Shown: in pieces, positions 21,300-32,094 of the stretch
Position numbering within the stretch: position 1 is the stretch's first letter
How the letters are laid out: each line of letters starts with the position of its first letter
DNA from: Craspedostauros australis
Taxonomy: Eukaryota
Direction of reading: 5' to 3'
Length of the DNA: 52,278 bases
NCBI GenBank assembly: GCA_030167865.1
Contig: JALAGF010001309.1
Location: 62,001-114,278, forward strand
Position numbers and translations under genes: made by a program
Notes under the pieces: generated by a model
Database searches by the model: none
What the model was told of the DNA's origin: nothing
Seen by the model: the letters and a program-made list of their open reading frames with translations, nothing else

Positions 21300-22654
21300 G
21301 AGACCGGAGGCCTCGCGCTTCTCTGGCACATTCGCTGCACTGGCATGTGATGCGTGTTGGAGTTCGTGCAGGCAGCCATACTGATGGGGCGTCATCCATG
21401 GCTGGACCTCTGTTCAGCAGCAGCTTTGTTGCGCCTGATGGCAAGTCGCGCGAGGGAATGGGACTGCACATGGATGCTGCAGCAGCAGCCGCTGCTGTGG
21501 AGAGGGTATCGCGACACTCCGGGGTCTGACTGCGTGCGTCACGGACTATCGCGTCCTTCCTCACATGAAACCGAGGCGAGCCCCAGCACGAACCGGAGCC
21601 AAGTCGGTTTGTGCACTGCCGTCCTGTCCATTTGCCTGACCATCCTTCTTCTTTGTGCTCTGGTCTACCCACATGTGCCACACCCTGGTCCATGTATCAT
21701 TTGGCCTTCTGACCTTGCCTTCCTCCCAGTGCTGCCATGCCATTGGCTTGATGCTGCAGCAGCAAGAGTGGATCATGGTCCACAGGTGTGGCTCGGCTGA
21801 CGACAGCGTCTCCTCGATCACGTCTGAGGGGAGGAGTTGCCGATGCTTAAATGCAAGGCGAGGCATGCAATGCCATCGTAGAGTGCGATGCGAGGCGTGT
21901 AATTCAGTCGGGGCGATGGATGTTGTGGAGGCGTGGAGACCTAGAGCTATACAGCCGTGCTCTGTGACCGTTGCGGCACGCCCCGCCTCGGCGGTTTGCG
22001 CAGACCTGCCGTGCCTTCGCGACTGGAACCCGCACGTTTGAGAGCCCCGACGCTGTTGGAGAAGGTGAGGCTGCCCTTGCGACCTTCCAGCGTGACGATG
22101 GAGCTCCTGGACTCCTTGAGGCCGCGCTCGTCCGGTGGCAGTCTGGCCTTGGGCCTGGCGTTGTCGCCATCAGCACCGTCGGAAGCATCATTGTCGCCGC
22201 CGTTGGCTGCGGAATCTGATGGCTCTTCTGCGGAGCCCCTTTCGAGGGCCTGCCTCATTTCACTCAGCGTCATATGCGGGAGGGACAGTCACGAGGGCAA
22301 GTGCGCTGGCAGTTGCACGGGGTGGAGCTGTGACGTGGTGCGCTGCGTTGTGCTGCGTTCCGTTGCTCCGTGTTGCTGTCCGATGCTCTGCTCTACGTTT
22401 GGTCCTGGATGGGGCGGACAGAATGAGAGGGACCTGCTGTGTCAGCTGCTTCGGCTTCCAGAGTGTGGAGACGTGACAGGTCTACTCTGGCTGTTCGTAG
22501 TGGACGAAGTGTGCGAGCGTGAAGTCCGAAAACGACGCTGAGGCTTCTGCGACGATGTGTTGCTGGGTGGAGACGTGGACGTGGATGCGCGACTTTGCAG
22601 GAATGTGTGTTCGCAGTTCTCCAACAGATGGTCTTGGGCGGAGTTTGCGCACAC
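21300..22654 (-). pseudogene. Possible decayed coding sequence with in-frame stops and local CpG depletion
   Basis: ORFs 22442-22654 and 21947-22273 share one frame, interrupted by TGA at 22442 and 22289 and TAG at 21947. No CG dinucleotide in 21622-21793. No homolog recognised. Confidence 0.3.
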
Positions 22655-24987
22655 GTTGCCTCAGTCAGACAGTTGAGTTGATTGGCCGTTCCGTTCGTTG
22701 ATCGGTTGAGAGCTGTTGATGGTGCTGCTGATTCCGGAGAGCTACTATCTGATGGAGACGATTCTTGTATCGTGGAGCACTTCGGATGTGCTTTGCCTTA
22801 ATCGCCTTGGATGGTGTGCGTCTAGAAGCCTCTGCTTATTGGTACAAGGACTTGTCTGCGTTGAAGTACCCGCCTGCTGATGGTGTGGGCCGTGCTCCTG
22901 ACGGCACTGTTGCGTTGTGCAGTGTCCGAGAGCGCTCTCCGCTCGTGAAGGACGATGCCGTCTCTGGTAGCGAAGGCCGAAGGGTGAAACGATCCGTGAC
23001 GCGTCGGAGGTTGCGACCGGTGTGAGCAAGTGAGTGTGGGTCCCTTGGCTGCGATCCTGCCTCTCTCTGGCTGTGGCCTCCCTCTGTTTTTGTGCAGGCG
23101 GTCTTCGCTGTCGTCTTTCTTGCACGCGGCGTTTCTCGTTGGTCGTTGATTGGCGGACAGGACACAATGCCACTGGGCAACACGAAGACGCAGGGACCGA
23201 TAACGTGCAGCGTGTGATGGCGCGAGGACAAGCGGTGAAGCCGGTTCTGGAGCGGGCGCAGTGAAACCGTTTTCGGCTGGTTGGTTGGTTGGTTGGCGGG
23301 ATGTCGATCGTCGTTGCTCTGTTGGACTCTCGTTGAGATGGCAGCAAGCCTCCTGCTCTTGTGCTGTTGTTGTTGATGCCTTCGATGCCTTTGATGCCTT
23401 TGTTGGCGTTGGTGATTGTATCCGTAGAGTATCGATGTTCTTGCTTACTCGTGGGGTGTCGCCGCTACTGTGTGTTTCGGCCCTTGCGTGGTTGTGTCGG
23501 TTTACTATCGTTACTCGTCCTCGTTATCCATACTCGTGCCTGTTATCCATACTCGCGCTCTACTCGTACTTACTGGTACTGCTTGTGTTGCGCGTTGTTG
23601 TTGCCTCCCCTGTCTTGGTTGTCGTTTCTTGCTCGTTCCTTGGCGCAAGGGTGCTTCACGCGTGCTCTCGCTCTGCCTCCCACGAGCTACTCGTGCTTTC
23701 TGGCCCACTCCCTCTTTGTCCCGTGGTTGGCGCCCTGGATCGTGGCGAGACAACCACCTCCACCGCCACCACAACACACACAACACAGCACGATGCAAAA
23801 ACGCCAAGGGGAAGACCAAAAAGCGGACTGGTGTGCGGCGTTTGTCACAGTGTCGCTGGAATCTCTGTTGCTCCTCTCTCCCGCCTCTCGCATTCTCGTG
23901 TTGTCACTGACCTCCCTTACTCGCAGACGCGAAACTGCGACATTCCGGGCGCACGCACAGACCATCGCAAGCCAACGCACAGAAGAATCCACCAGAGCCT
24001 GCCTGCCTGATTAGTGCGTGTTGATTGGCTGAAACAGTTCGGTAGAATAGGACCAGCAGAATATCCAAATATGTTTGAGAATGACAGGATACATAGCCAA
24101 TGACCATCCTGCAAACAGGACCAGCCAAACGCTGACGTCATGGTCATCACGAGCACCCTTTTCGGTACCGTTGACATCACGATCCCTTCTTTTTGAGTAC
24201 CACACAATTGGTAGTTGTTCGGTCTCTTCCAATTCTGTCCTTCGACAGTTGTCCCCCACATGACGTGGGATCCACCAACACGAACAGAAGGTGGAACTTT
24301 CCAAACACACACCACACCACACGCCACCAACACAAACACGAACAAGAGAGAGAGAGAGAGAGCAAGATGACGATGATGGAAGAATCGAACGGAACAAACG
24401 CAAACGCAAACGCAAACCACAACATCTTCCTTCGCGATCTCAAAAACAACTCACCACCACTCATTCGCATCGCATGAAATCAGTGGATTCACATTGGATC
24501 GACACAGCACTCTGCGAACCACCACAAAGGCATCAAGCAACATTCCATCACCCACGCAGATACGTACGTACAAGCACGATCTATTGCACAAGGAAAGAGG
24601 CAGTGCTGTTGGACCACGTACTCTTTGGAGCAAGTAAGCTGAAAAGCGGAATGTGATGGTGTGCAAAGGTCGCAAGAGTATCTACTCTATGATTGGATGA
24701 CATCACACATCGGATTGCAGTTGCCCGCTTTCCTATTATGCATTCGTATTAGTACAGCATTACTCGAGAGCACTCTGCTCCATCTTCATGCACCGTTCAT
24801 CCGTTCATGCATGCATCCATGCACTCATTCATTCCGACTGTATCTCATCTCTCTTCGTCTTTCTCTCGTTCAATCTTCCTATTCATCGACCGCATCCTCT
24901 TGTTGAGCAGATTGAAGCAACCAAACACTCACGTACCCACGGTAACACAAGCATAGCTCGTGCTCGCAATCACATCACACAGCCACC

Positions 24988-25854
24988 ATGATGCTTTCAA
25001 AATCAACACGGAGACTCGTCGCCTCCTCGCAGTGGCAGTCGACGGCTGCCCGATCCCTGTCGGCGTGGATACCTTCTGCTGCGGCACCATCGGCTCGTCG
25101 TCTTCGTCAGGATTCTGCGTCAATGCACAACCACAGAATGATGAGCCAATTATCGACACCATTCTCCATGGGCGCATCATTTTCAGCACCCGAGACAACC
25201 GCGTCAGGCATTCCAAGAAGTAGCAATGCCCGTTTCTTTGCTTCGTCGTCCGACGCAGACAAAAAGGAAGGCGACGACGCCAAGACGACGGACGAGGCCG
25301 ATGCCACGGCCACAGATGAAACCAAAACCGAGGACGAAGCCGCAACCGAGGAGGAAGCCGTGGATGAAAAGGAGATCGAATTGAAGCAACTCAAGGAGAA
25401 GGTGTCGGAATTGGAGCAGCGACTCCTGCGTTCTTATGCCGAGCAGGAAAACATCCGCAGCATCGCCAAGCGCGATGTCCAATCGGCCCGCGACTTTTCC
25501 ATTAAGAAATTTGCCAAGACCCTGCTCGATGTCTCCGACAACCTGTCGCGCGCCCTGGATGCCGTGCCGGAAGAATTGCGCAAGGATACCGAGCACCATG
25601 CCGTGCTGGCCGCGCTCTACGAAGGCATCGAAATGACGGAGAACGGTCTCCTCAAGTCGTTCGGACAGAATGGTTTGACCAAGTTTTGCGAGGAACCCGG
25701 CGACGTCTTCGATCCCACCAAGCACGAGGCGTTGTTCGAGTATCCGGATCCGGAAAAGGAGCCAGGCACCGTGGGGCAGGTCATGAAGGTCGGATTCATG
25801 CTCAACAGCCGTGTGTTGCGACCCGCGGAAGTCGGCATCATCAAGAAGGCATAG
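24988..25854 (+). CDS. grpE: GrpE nucleotide exchange factor, mitochondrial type, 288 aa
   Basis: LLRSYAEQENIR, FSIKKFAKTLLDVSDNLSRAL, LYEGIEMT, FDPTKHEALF and GFMLNSRVLRPAEVG; R/S-rich N-terminal presequence. Confidence 0.95.
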   Translation: MMLSKSTRRLVASSQWQSTAARSLSAWIPSAAAPSARRLRQDSASMHNHRMMSQLSTPFSMGASFSAPETTASGIPRSSNARFFASSSDADKKEGDDAKTTDEADATATDETKTEDEAATEEEAVDEKEIELKQLKEKVSELEQRLLRSYAEQENIRSIAKRDVQSARDFSIKKFAKTLLDVSDNLSRALDAVPEELRKDTEHHAVLAALYEGIEMTENGLLKSFGQNGLTKFCEEPGDVFDPTKHEALFEYPDPEKEPGTVGQVMKVGFMLNSRVLRPAEVGIIKKA

Positions 25855-26301
25855 AGATGTGTAGCGTGGAGTGGAGTGAAATGAAAGGAAAGGAGAAATG
25901 GAGTGTGTATCCATGCTTCTGATTCATCACAGACCACCGCATGGTGCTAGTGTATGAATGCCCCAACCGATCCAGTAGTATACATACTTTAGCATTTCGT
26001 GACACCAGCAAACTACAGCATCGTGGGAATCACCGAGAGTCTGATGAAAGTAATAGTGTCAATACTATGAGTGGTGGAGCAAACAATCACCACTGAAATG
26101 AAGCGTCCGCGTTGGAAAAAAAACAAGAGGTTGCCCGCACTCTGCTGATTTCCACGGCAGAAACAGCAACAGCTGGAGACTGCTGTCCTCATGATGTCTC
26201 TTGATGCCGCGCAACATCCATAAACAGCACTACTCTTACGTAGAGTTCTTTACTCTCCTTTAATCCATACCGATTCCTCCACTCATGCAATGAGTACGAC
26301 A

Positions 26302-27471
26302 CTACGACACTACGACCTTCGTTTTGGGACTCTCTGACGATCGCGCCGTGACATCTCCCGGATACTCCGCCGTATCGCTGTCGTACGTGCGCTGCTCGAC
26401 TTCCAGTCCGAATCCCACAAAGCTATGTGACAGTGCTTTGGATTTCAGCTGAAACGAGTTGAACACGGACAACGTGATCCCAGGCTGCTCCCAACATCTC
26501 AGTATCAAGCTCGTATCCACCTTGCCATCACCATTGAAGACGCCCTTCACTGCTACGGCACGATTGAGCTGCCAGGCAGCACCCAGTTGAAGCCGCTGAT
26601 CCTTCTCCAGCTGGACAGACCACGAAACTGTCTGCCGCACCTTTAGTGCGCGTTCGTCGATGATATCGAAGACGACACCATCAAACGTCGCGGTCTGATG
26701 CAGATTCAGTGCCCAATCCGTCTGAGCATCACGTTGTTTGGCGAGGACGGTGACCCACAGCGGCGACGTGCCGTTGTCATTGATATCCAACGAGAGCATG
26801 GCGTCGATGTCGGGCAGCATTGCTTTATCGGAAAAGGCACCAGGCTCCGTCAACGGCACCGTGGCTTCCACCGCCAGCAGCGATTTCTTCAGTTCTGCGG
26901 CACCGTACAGACCGAGCGTCTCGCCTGACAAGCCGTTGCGCTTCGAGAGGTCCAGATCGACCCAGCTCCCAAACTGAAGAGCAAACGAATCTTGGGAGGA
27001 AGCGTTGAACCGACTGCCGATCCACCCGCGTCCATCTGCTCCCATCTGCGAATGCAACCACGCCCTGTGCGGAATCACGTTGCACGATGCCTGGATCGAT
27101 GGCTGCGTGTGCTTGGTGGAAGACTCGTCTTGCAGTGCCGTGGCCTTGAAGGTCACCGCGTTGCCTTGCCAGGCATGATTGAGCTCCACGACGCCAGATG
27201 ATGCTGCCACGACGTTGGTGTGCGGAGACGCTTGCACGCACAGCGCCACGCCCGGCTTGATGTGGTTCTGGAAAAATTGACGGCCTCTGTGCAATTCCCA
27301 GAGATACTGCACGAGGGACGGTGTCGGGCATGCCTCGAGGCTGGCCCTGCCCGCGGTCGTCAGCACGCTCGAACTAGCCGAGATGAAAGATGGCGGAACC
27401 AGCACCCCCCGCTCCCATTCTAATCGGCGTTGGCGTGCTGCCTCGGATTCCTTGCCGCTGATGTTTCCCAT
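26302..27471 (-). CDS. Putative mitochondrial outer-membrane beta-barrel, OM47-like, 389 aa
   Basis: VLVPP near the N-terminus; LQLGAAWQLNRAVAVKG, LILRCWEQPGITLSV and FVGFGLEVE resemble plant OM47 motifs as recalled; amphipathic beta-strand pattern. Confidence 0.65.
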   Translation of the reverse strand: MGNISGKESEAARQRRLEWERGVLVPPSFISASSSVLTTAGRASLEACPTPSLVQYLWELHRGRQFFQNHIKPGVALCVQASPHTNVVAASSGVVELNHAWQGNAVTFKATALQDESSTKHTQPSIQASCNVIPHRAWLHSQMGADGRGWIGSRFNASSQDSFALQFGSWVDLDLSKRNGLSGETLGLYGAAELKKSLLAVEATVPLTEPGAFSDKAMLPDIDAMLSLDINDNGTSPLWVTVLAKQRDAQTDWALNLHQTATFDGVVFDIIDERALKVRQTVSWSVQLEKDQRLQLGAAWQLNRAVAVKGVFNGDGKVDTSLILRCWEQPGITLSVFNSFQLKSKALSHSFVGFGLEVEQRTYDSDTAEYPGDVTARSSESPKTKVVVS

Positions 27472-28207
27472 GGCGCTTTTGAGTTACAGTACGATGTATA
27501 GAGTGGTGGCTGTTGGTGAAATATGGAGAGTATGATACAATAGTCGATTATGTTGCAGTATTACTCTTGATCATGTGGATGAGAAACAGTTGAAACGTTG
27601 GCCTTTTCGTCATTTGGGCATGAGTGTTGTTGGTTAGTTGATGTGTTGATGCGTTGATGTGATGTTTGTGAGGTGTGCGGGTTTGGATCGGTTCTGCCAT
27701 TTTCGGATTTTCTTGAATCATTGTTTGAATTGTCATCTAGTCGATGTGGTCGGAGACATTTGTCAGACATCTTGTACTCCAACGAGTCGACGATGTACTT
27801 TCGCCGACTTTTTATATTGTATTAAACCTTGAATAAAACGTATATAAATCCCCGCGATAAGTAACTCGCGTCTTCCATGTCGCAGAAAGAGTCCTTGAGC
27901 GACGCGGCGCGAGAGCCGGGGATTGCTCGCCATCTCATCGGATGTCACATCAAAAATGAGCCCACACCAGATCGCAACACATCGCGATCGCCGTCGGCAC
28001 CGGCAGACCACCTGCGCACACGCACAACTCAACCCCATTCGCCAACTTGTGCAGGCTTGTCACTTTCGGCATTTCACCATCATCCTCGCCATCGACGCCA
28101 TCATCAAACATCAAGCATCAAGCATCAAACATCAAACATCAACACAAGCTCCGCGGGACATTGCGTTCATTCATCTGCAAATACAACCACCTCCCCAAAA
28201 GCTCACC

Positions 28208-31200
28208 ATGAAGGCATGGAAGTTCAGACGGCAGCAGCTACAGCGCCGTCGTTCTGGAAAAGACACGAAAGAACTGGAGACGAATGTTGCCGGCAACAAG
28301 AAGATCATCTCAAAGCGGAAGCAGCAGCAGCAGCAGCAGCAGCAGCAAACGTACTACAGCAACGGAGATAGCGTCGACAGCGGAGAGGCCCGTTCTGATT
28401 CCGGTCGGACGAGGCGAGAGAATGATGTTGCTGGTGACAACCAGCGACGTGCACCCAACGACGATCCACTGCACTCACCTTATGGAATGAATGGGCGATC
28501 TCAGCACGCCATCAATGCTTCCAATTCACCAGTGCGCCACAGGCTGCAGCACTTCCCAACTCCGAACAATCAATCTCCTTATGCTGGCGCTCCCCACCAC
28601 CCGCACGACAATGGCTGGTACGGTTACGCGCCTGGTCCAGCGTACGGGTATGAACATAGCCAGGATTATGTGGATGGGCGCTCGACACCACGCAACAAGC
28701 GATCTCCCCGAACGCAGCACTACGATCGAGCATATCACTCCGGCCACGGTACCACCAATCCTTCAACAGGGTACGAGCACAATGGCCACCGCTATCATGA
28801 GTACAATCATCCACGCCACCAACAGTATCAGCATCCGCAACAACAACAATCGCAGAGCGGGGGTGGTATTTTCTACGATACGGCCGATGTGGGTCCATAC
28901 GGCGGTCCCTCCACGACGTACGGCAACCATGCACCGTCATATCCACACACTGGACACGTCCAAGATCGGGTGCAGCAACTGCAACGACATGCGTCTCCAA
29001 TACCATCGCGCGATCCAAGGATGGTGATGGAGGCAGGCGGGTATGGGTACGCATCCTTTGAGTACCATCAGCCTCAACATACTGGTGCGTATGGTGACAG
29101 AACGCTTGGCCAACCTTCGTATTACATGCAGCAAGGACTGCGGCACAGCAACCATTACACATTTCAACAACAACAACAACAACGTGGCGGTGGTGGTGGT
29201 GGTGGTGCTCCTCCTCCCAGCATGAACTACCAGGATGACAATGGCGATGAAGATGTCAGCAATAGCAACAGCGCCAGTCACAGTGCCAGCGCCGGTGCGA
29301 GCGTCAGTGTGAGCGGTAACGGCAGTGCCAGTGGCAACACCAGCTCACAACTTTCCGTCATTTATGACGAACGCGAAGATTCCTGGACCCGCGACGATCA
29401 TCCCAGCAGCAGATCATCCTCGAAGGTATCCCACAGGGAGTGGGTTGATGGCAAAGCGGATGGTTCATCCGCCGCCTCGTCAACAGCATCCTCTCTGCAA
29501 CGCAGGCAACGGCGCTACATGAGTCAATTCACACATCCATCAACAACAAACAACGGCGAACGCCTGGAAATGGGCGTGACGCGCATGGGAACCATGTCGT
29601 CCACCCCCACAGCAGTCAAGTCGGCTTCGGTGAAATCGTCATCATCCACGAAGGGCGGTGGCGAGAATAGCACGTCGCAGGAAAGCAGCGTGAATGGAAA
29701 GACGAGCAAAAGCGCCAAGAGCAAGGGCGGCAGCGTGGGGAGCAAGACTGGGAAAACCAGTGTGACCAATTCCTTATCCGAACATCCTCACACTCGCGTG
29801 AGCGATGACGCCTACTGTCTTTCGATTGCATCCGGGAAAACGACGCTATCTTCTCGATCATCACCCTTCAAGAAACATCGCAATCCATCCTCAATAACAG
29901 CCTCCGGCTCCATGGCGTCGTCGTTGTCATCCAACTCTGGCACGAAGAGTTCCGTCAAATCGTCCCCCTCCAACCAACACCATCAGGCCTCTTCCGGCTC
30001 CAGCACCGTAAATGGTGGCAGCAAGAAGAGCACGAAGTCCGCAAAATCTCGAAACTCAGCGAACAGGTTCGTGCGGGATGGCGAAAACGCATCGCAAGCA
30101 TCCAGGGGATCTTCTTCTTCTTCGACGTCGCAGTCCAGAGCTTCCAAGTTCGGCCTGAACTTCCGCCGCATGGCCAGGCTTCCAGAAAACCGAGAGATGA
30201 TGGAGGAGGAGGAGGAGGAGGAGGAGGAAAGCGTTGGTACGGAATCGCTCGGCAAGTACAAGCAAGCAACAACAGCGCCGGAACAGGCCGCGGAAGACCT
30301 GGTGCGTTCGCTGGAGGCCATGGGGTACGGTAGGGACAAGAACGGGGAACTTGACCTGCAAAATAGCGTATCCGATGCGCTGAGCATATCAGAACGATAC
30401 AAAAGGGACGGGGAGGACGCATCTGAGGGACACCGCAGCAGCTCCTCGCGATCGAGCAAGCGCAGGAATGGACTCAATGCAACATCATTCTCGTCGCAGC
30501 AGTCGTCGAAGCCTGGCACCGGCAGCATACGATCAACAGCACGGCGGATACAACGATACGGTGTGCCCACGCTACATGAAGCCATCGTGACGGAGGAGGT
30601 CGACGGAGATGAGGGGGCTGAGCTGCGGCTGATCGAACCTAGCACGATGGATGGTGGTGTCATCCCGAATCAAAACGCGCGTCGCCAAATCAGTATCAAC
30701 AACGGCAATAATATGAGGGCTGCCGTTGCAGGGAATGGTCATGGGAACATCATCACCGGCCTTGAACAGATGGCATTGCATGCCGCTGATGGTGCTTCGT
30801 CAAAGGAAAACACCTACTTCGACGAATCCACAATCTCCACCAAACTCACGGCCGAGATTAACCGCAAGAACCTGGATTGGAAGCGACAGGAGCGGTTGTA
30901 CCAAGAGGAAGGATCGTTGCACGTTGATACCACCAACCTGATCCTGCAGAACATTCAGGAGCAGCTGCATTCACCTGGCGCAGCATCGCCCACCACAATG
31001 TCAACGCAACGGATGGCGAACGGTGCGAGACGGAACCAATTCGACGCCAACGGGAACCTCGCGAACGAAGCGAGTTATATGTTAAATGCACAACAGCACC
31101 AGCGATTGCGACAACCACCGAAAGCGGTGCCTGCATCAACCAGCTTGGTTGGGAATGCGATGAACCGCCTCTTTGGTGTCATCGAATCACCGCCATCCGA

Positions 31201-31726
31201 AACAGGAAAGAGCGCCAACAGCATCCTTGAGCAGCAGCAGCAGCAGCAGCAGCAGGTGATGACAACCGCCCCAGCACAATCATCAGAAGTGGGAATGCCG
31301 ATTGCATCTGAAGCATCCCCAAACGGAGGCGTCGTGATCGCTTCTCCTCCGAACAACAACAACATCACAACTACGACCACGACAACAATCAGCCCCTCGC
31401 CTTCCGCCGGTTTGGGCGGAACACCAGGCAGCAACGCCAACATGACACCCAACGGTGCCAACAGCAACAACGAGAAGAGGGTGGACTTCGGCGGTGAGAT
31501 CCCCCCAAGTGCCATCTACGGCAACGACATGAAGTCCATCATCTCCGACATCTCCTTGTCGATCCCACCCACGACCATGATGTCGACGGAACCCATGCCA
31601 GGAATCATCACAGAAAACGGATGCTCGAGATGGATGGATCAAGTGCTGTTGTCATGTCGTTTGGCATTCCAACCGACACAGGCAGCAGTGGCGGCATCAT
31701 CGTCGTCTCTGCCACAAAAGTTGTAA
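28208..31726 (+). CDS. Long low-complexity hypothetical protein, 1172 aa
   Basis: Uninterrupted ORF from ATG 28208; Y/G/H/Q-rich N-terminal third, S/K-rich middle, poly-E and poly-Q tracts; no recognisable domain. Confidence 0.8.
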   Translation: MKAWKFRRQQLQRRRSGKDTKELETNVAGNKKIISKRKQQQQQQQQQTYYSNGDSVDSGEARSDSGRTRRENDVAGDNQRRAPNDDPLHSPYGMNGRSQHAINASNSPVRHRLQHFPTPNNQSPYAGAPHHPHDNGWYGYAPGPAYGYEHSQDYVDGRSTPRNKRSPRTQHYDRAYHSGHGTTNPSTGYEHNGHRYHEYNHPRHQQYQHPQQQQSQSGGGIFYDTADVGPYGGPSTTYGNHAPSYPHTGHVQDRVQQLQRHASPIPSRDPRMVMEAGGYGYASFEYHQPQHTGAYGDRTLGQPSYYMQQGLRHSNHYTFQQQQQQRGGGGGGGAPPPSMNYQDDNGDEDVSNSNSASHSASAGASVSVSGNGSASGNTSSQLSVIYDEREDSWTRDDHPSSRSSSKVSHREWVDGKADGSSAASSTASSLQRRQRRYMSQFTHPSTTNNGERLEMGVTRMGTMSSTPTAVKSASVKSSSSTKGGGENSTSQESSVNGKTSKSAKSKGGSVGSKTGKTSVTNSLSEHPHTRVSDDAYCLSIASGKTTLSSRSSPFKKHRNPSSITASGSMASSLSSNSGTKSSVKSSPSNQHHQASSGSSTVNGGSKKSTKSAKSRNSANRFVRDGENASQASRGSSSSSTSQSRASKFGLNFRRMARLPENREMMEEEEEEEEESVGTESLGKYKQATTAPEQAAEDLVRSLEAMGYGRDKNGELDLQNSVSDALSISERYKRDGEDASEGHRSSSSRSSKRRNGLNATSFSSQQSSKPGTGSIRSTARRIQRYGVPTLHEAIVTEEVDGDEGAELRLIEPSTMDGGVIPNQNARRQISINNGNNMRAAVAGNGHGNIITGLEQMALHAADGASSKENTYFDESTISTKLTAEINRKNLDWKRQERLYQEEGSLHVDTTNLILQNIQEQLHSPGAASPTTMSTQRMANGARRNQFDANGNLANEASYMLNAQQHQRLRQPPKAVPASTSLVGNAMNRLFGVIESPPSETGKSANSILEQQQQQQQQVMTTAPAQSSEVGMPIASEASPNGGVVIASPPNNNNITTTTTTTISPSPSAGLGGTPGSNANMTPNGANSNNEKRVDFGGEIPPSAIYGNDMKSIISDISLSIPPTTMMSTEPMPGIITENGCSRWMDQVLLSCRLAFQPTQAAVAASSSSLPQKL

Positions 31727-32094
31727 TTGAAGAACATACTATGCAATTTGGTAGTAGTACGTGATGTGAAGTACATTGGTACAGTGCACAGTGTTGTGTT
31801 GTTCGTTGGCATTTGTATGAGTACGTTCTGTTTCTCAGTTAGTATAATGCAATCTGACAGCAAGCGTCAAGTCCAAGACTTCGGTTGTGTGACAATGTCC
31901 TTGGACGATGCCAAGATGAAGAGAAGAGCAGCGTTCCATTCCATGGTATCTCTCCATGGCCAAACTCACTCTCCGAGCCATGCAAGGCAAACAATTCAGA
32001 CTCTGGCAGCAACTTATCCATGAGACAGCAATGTGATGATCTCAGAACGCCGACGATTAATCTCTCAATACTATTGTACGGACAGACCACCTTC

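Noticed and set aside
22745-24470. Several 100-250 aa ORFs on both strands
   Set aside because: They arise from GT/CA-rich low-complexity intergenic DNA, with Cys/Val/Leu- or Thr/His-biased translations and no motifs.
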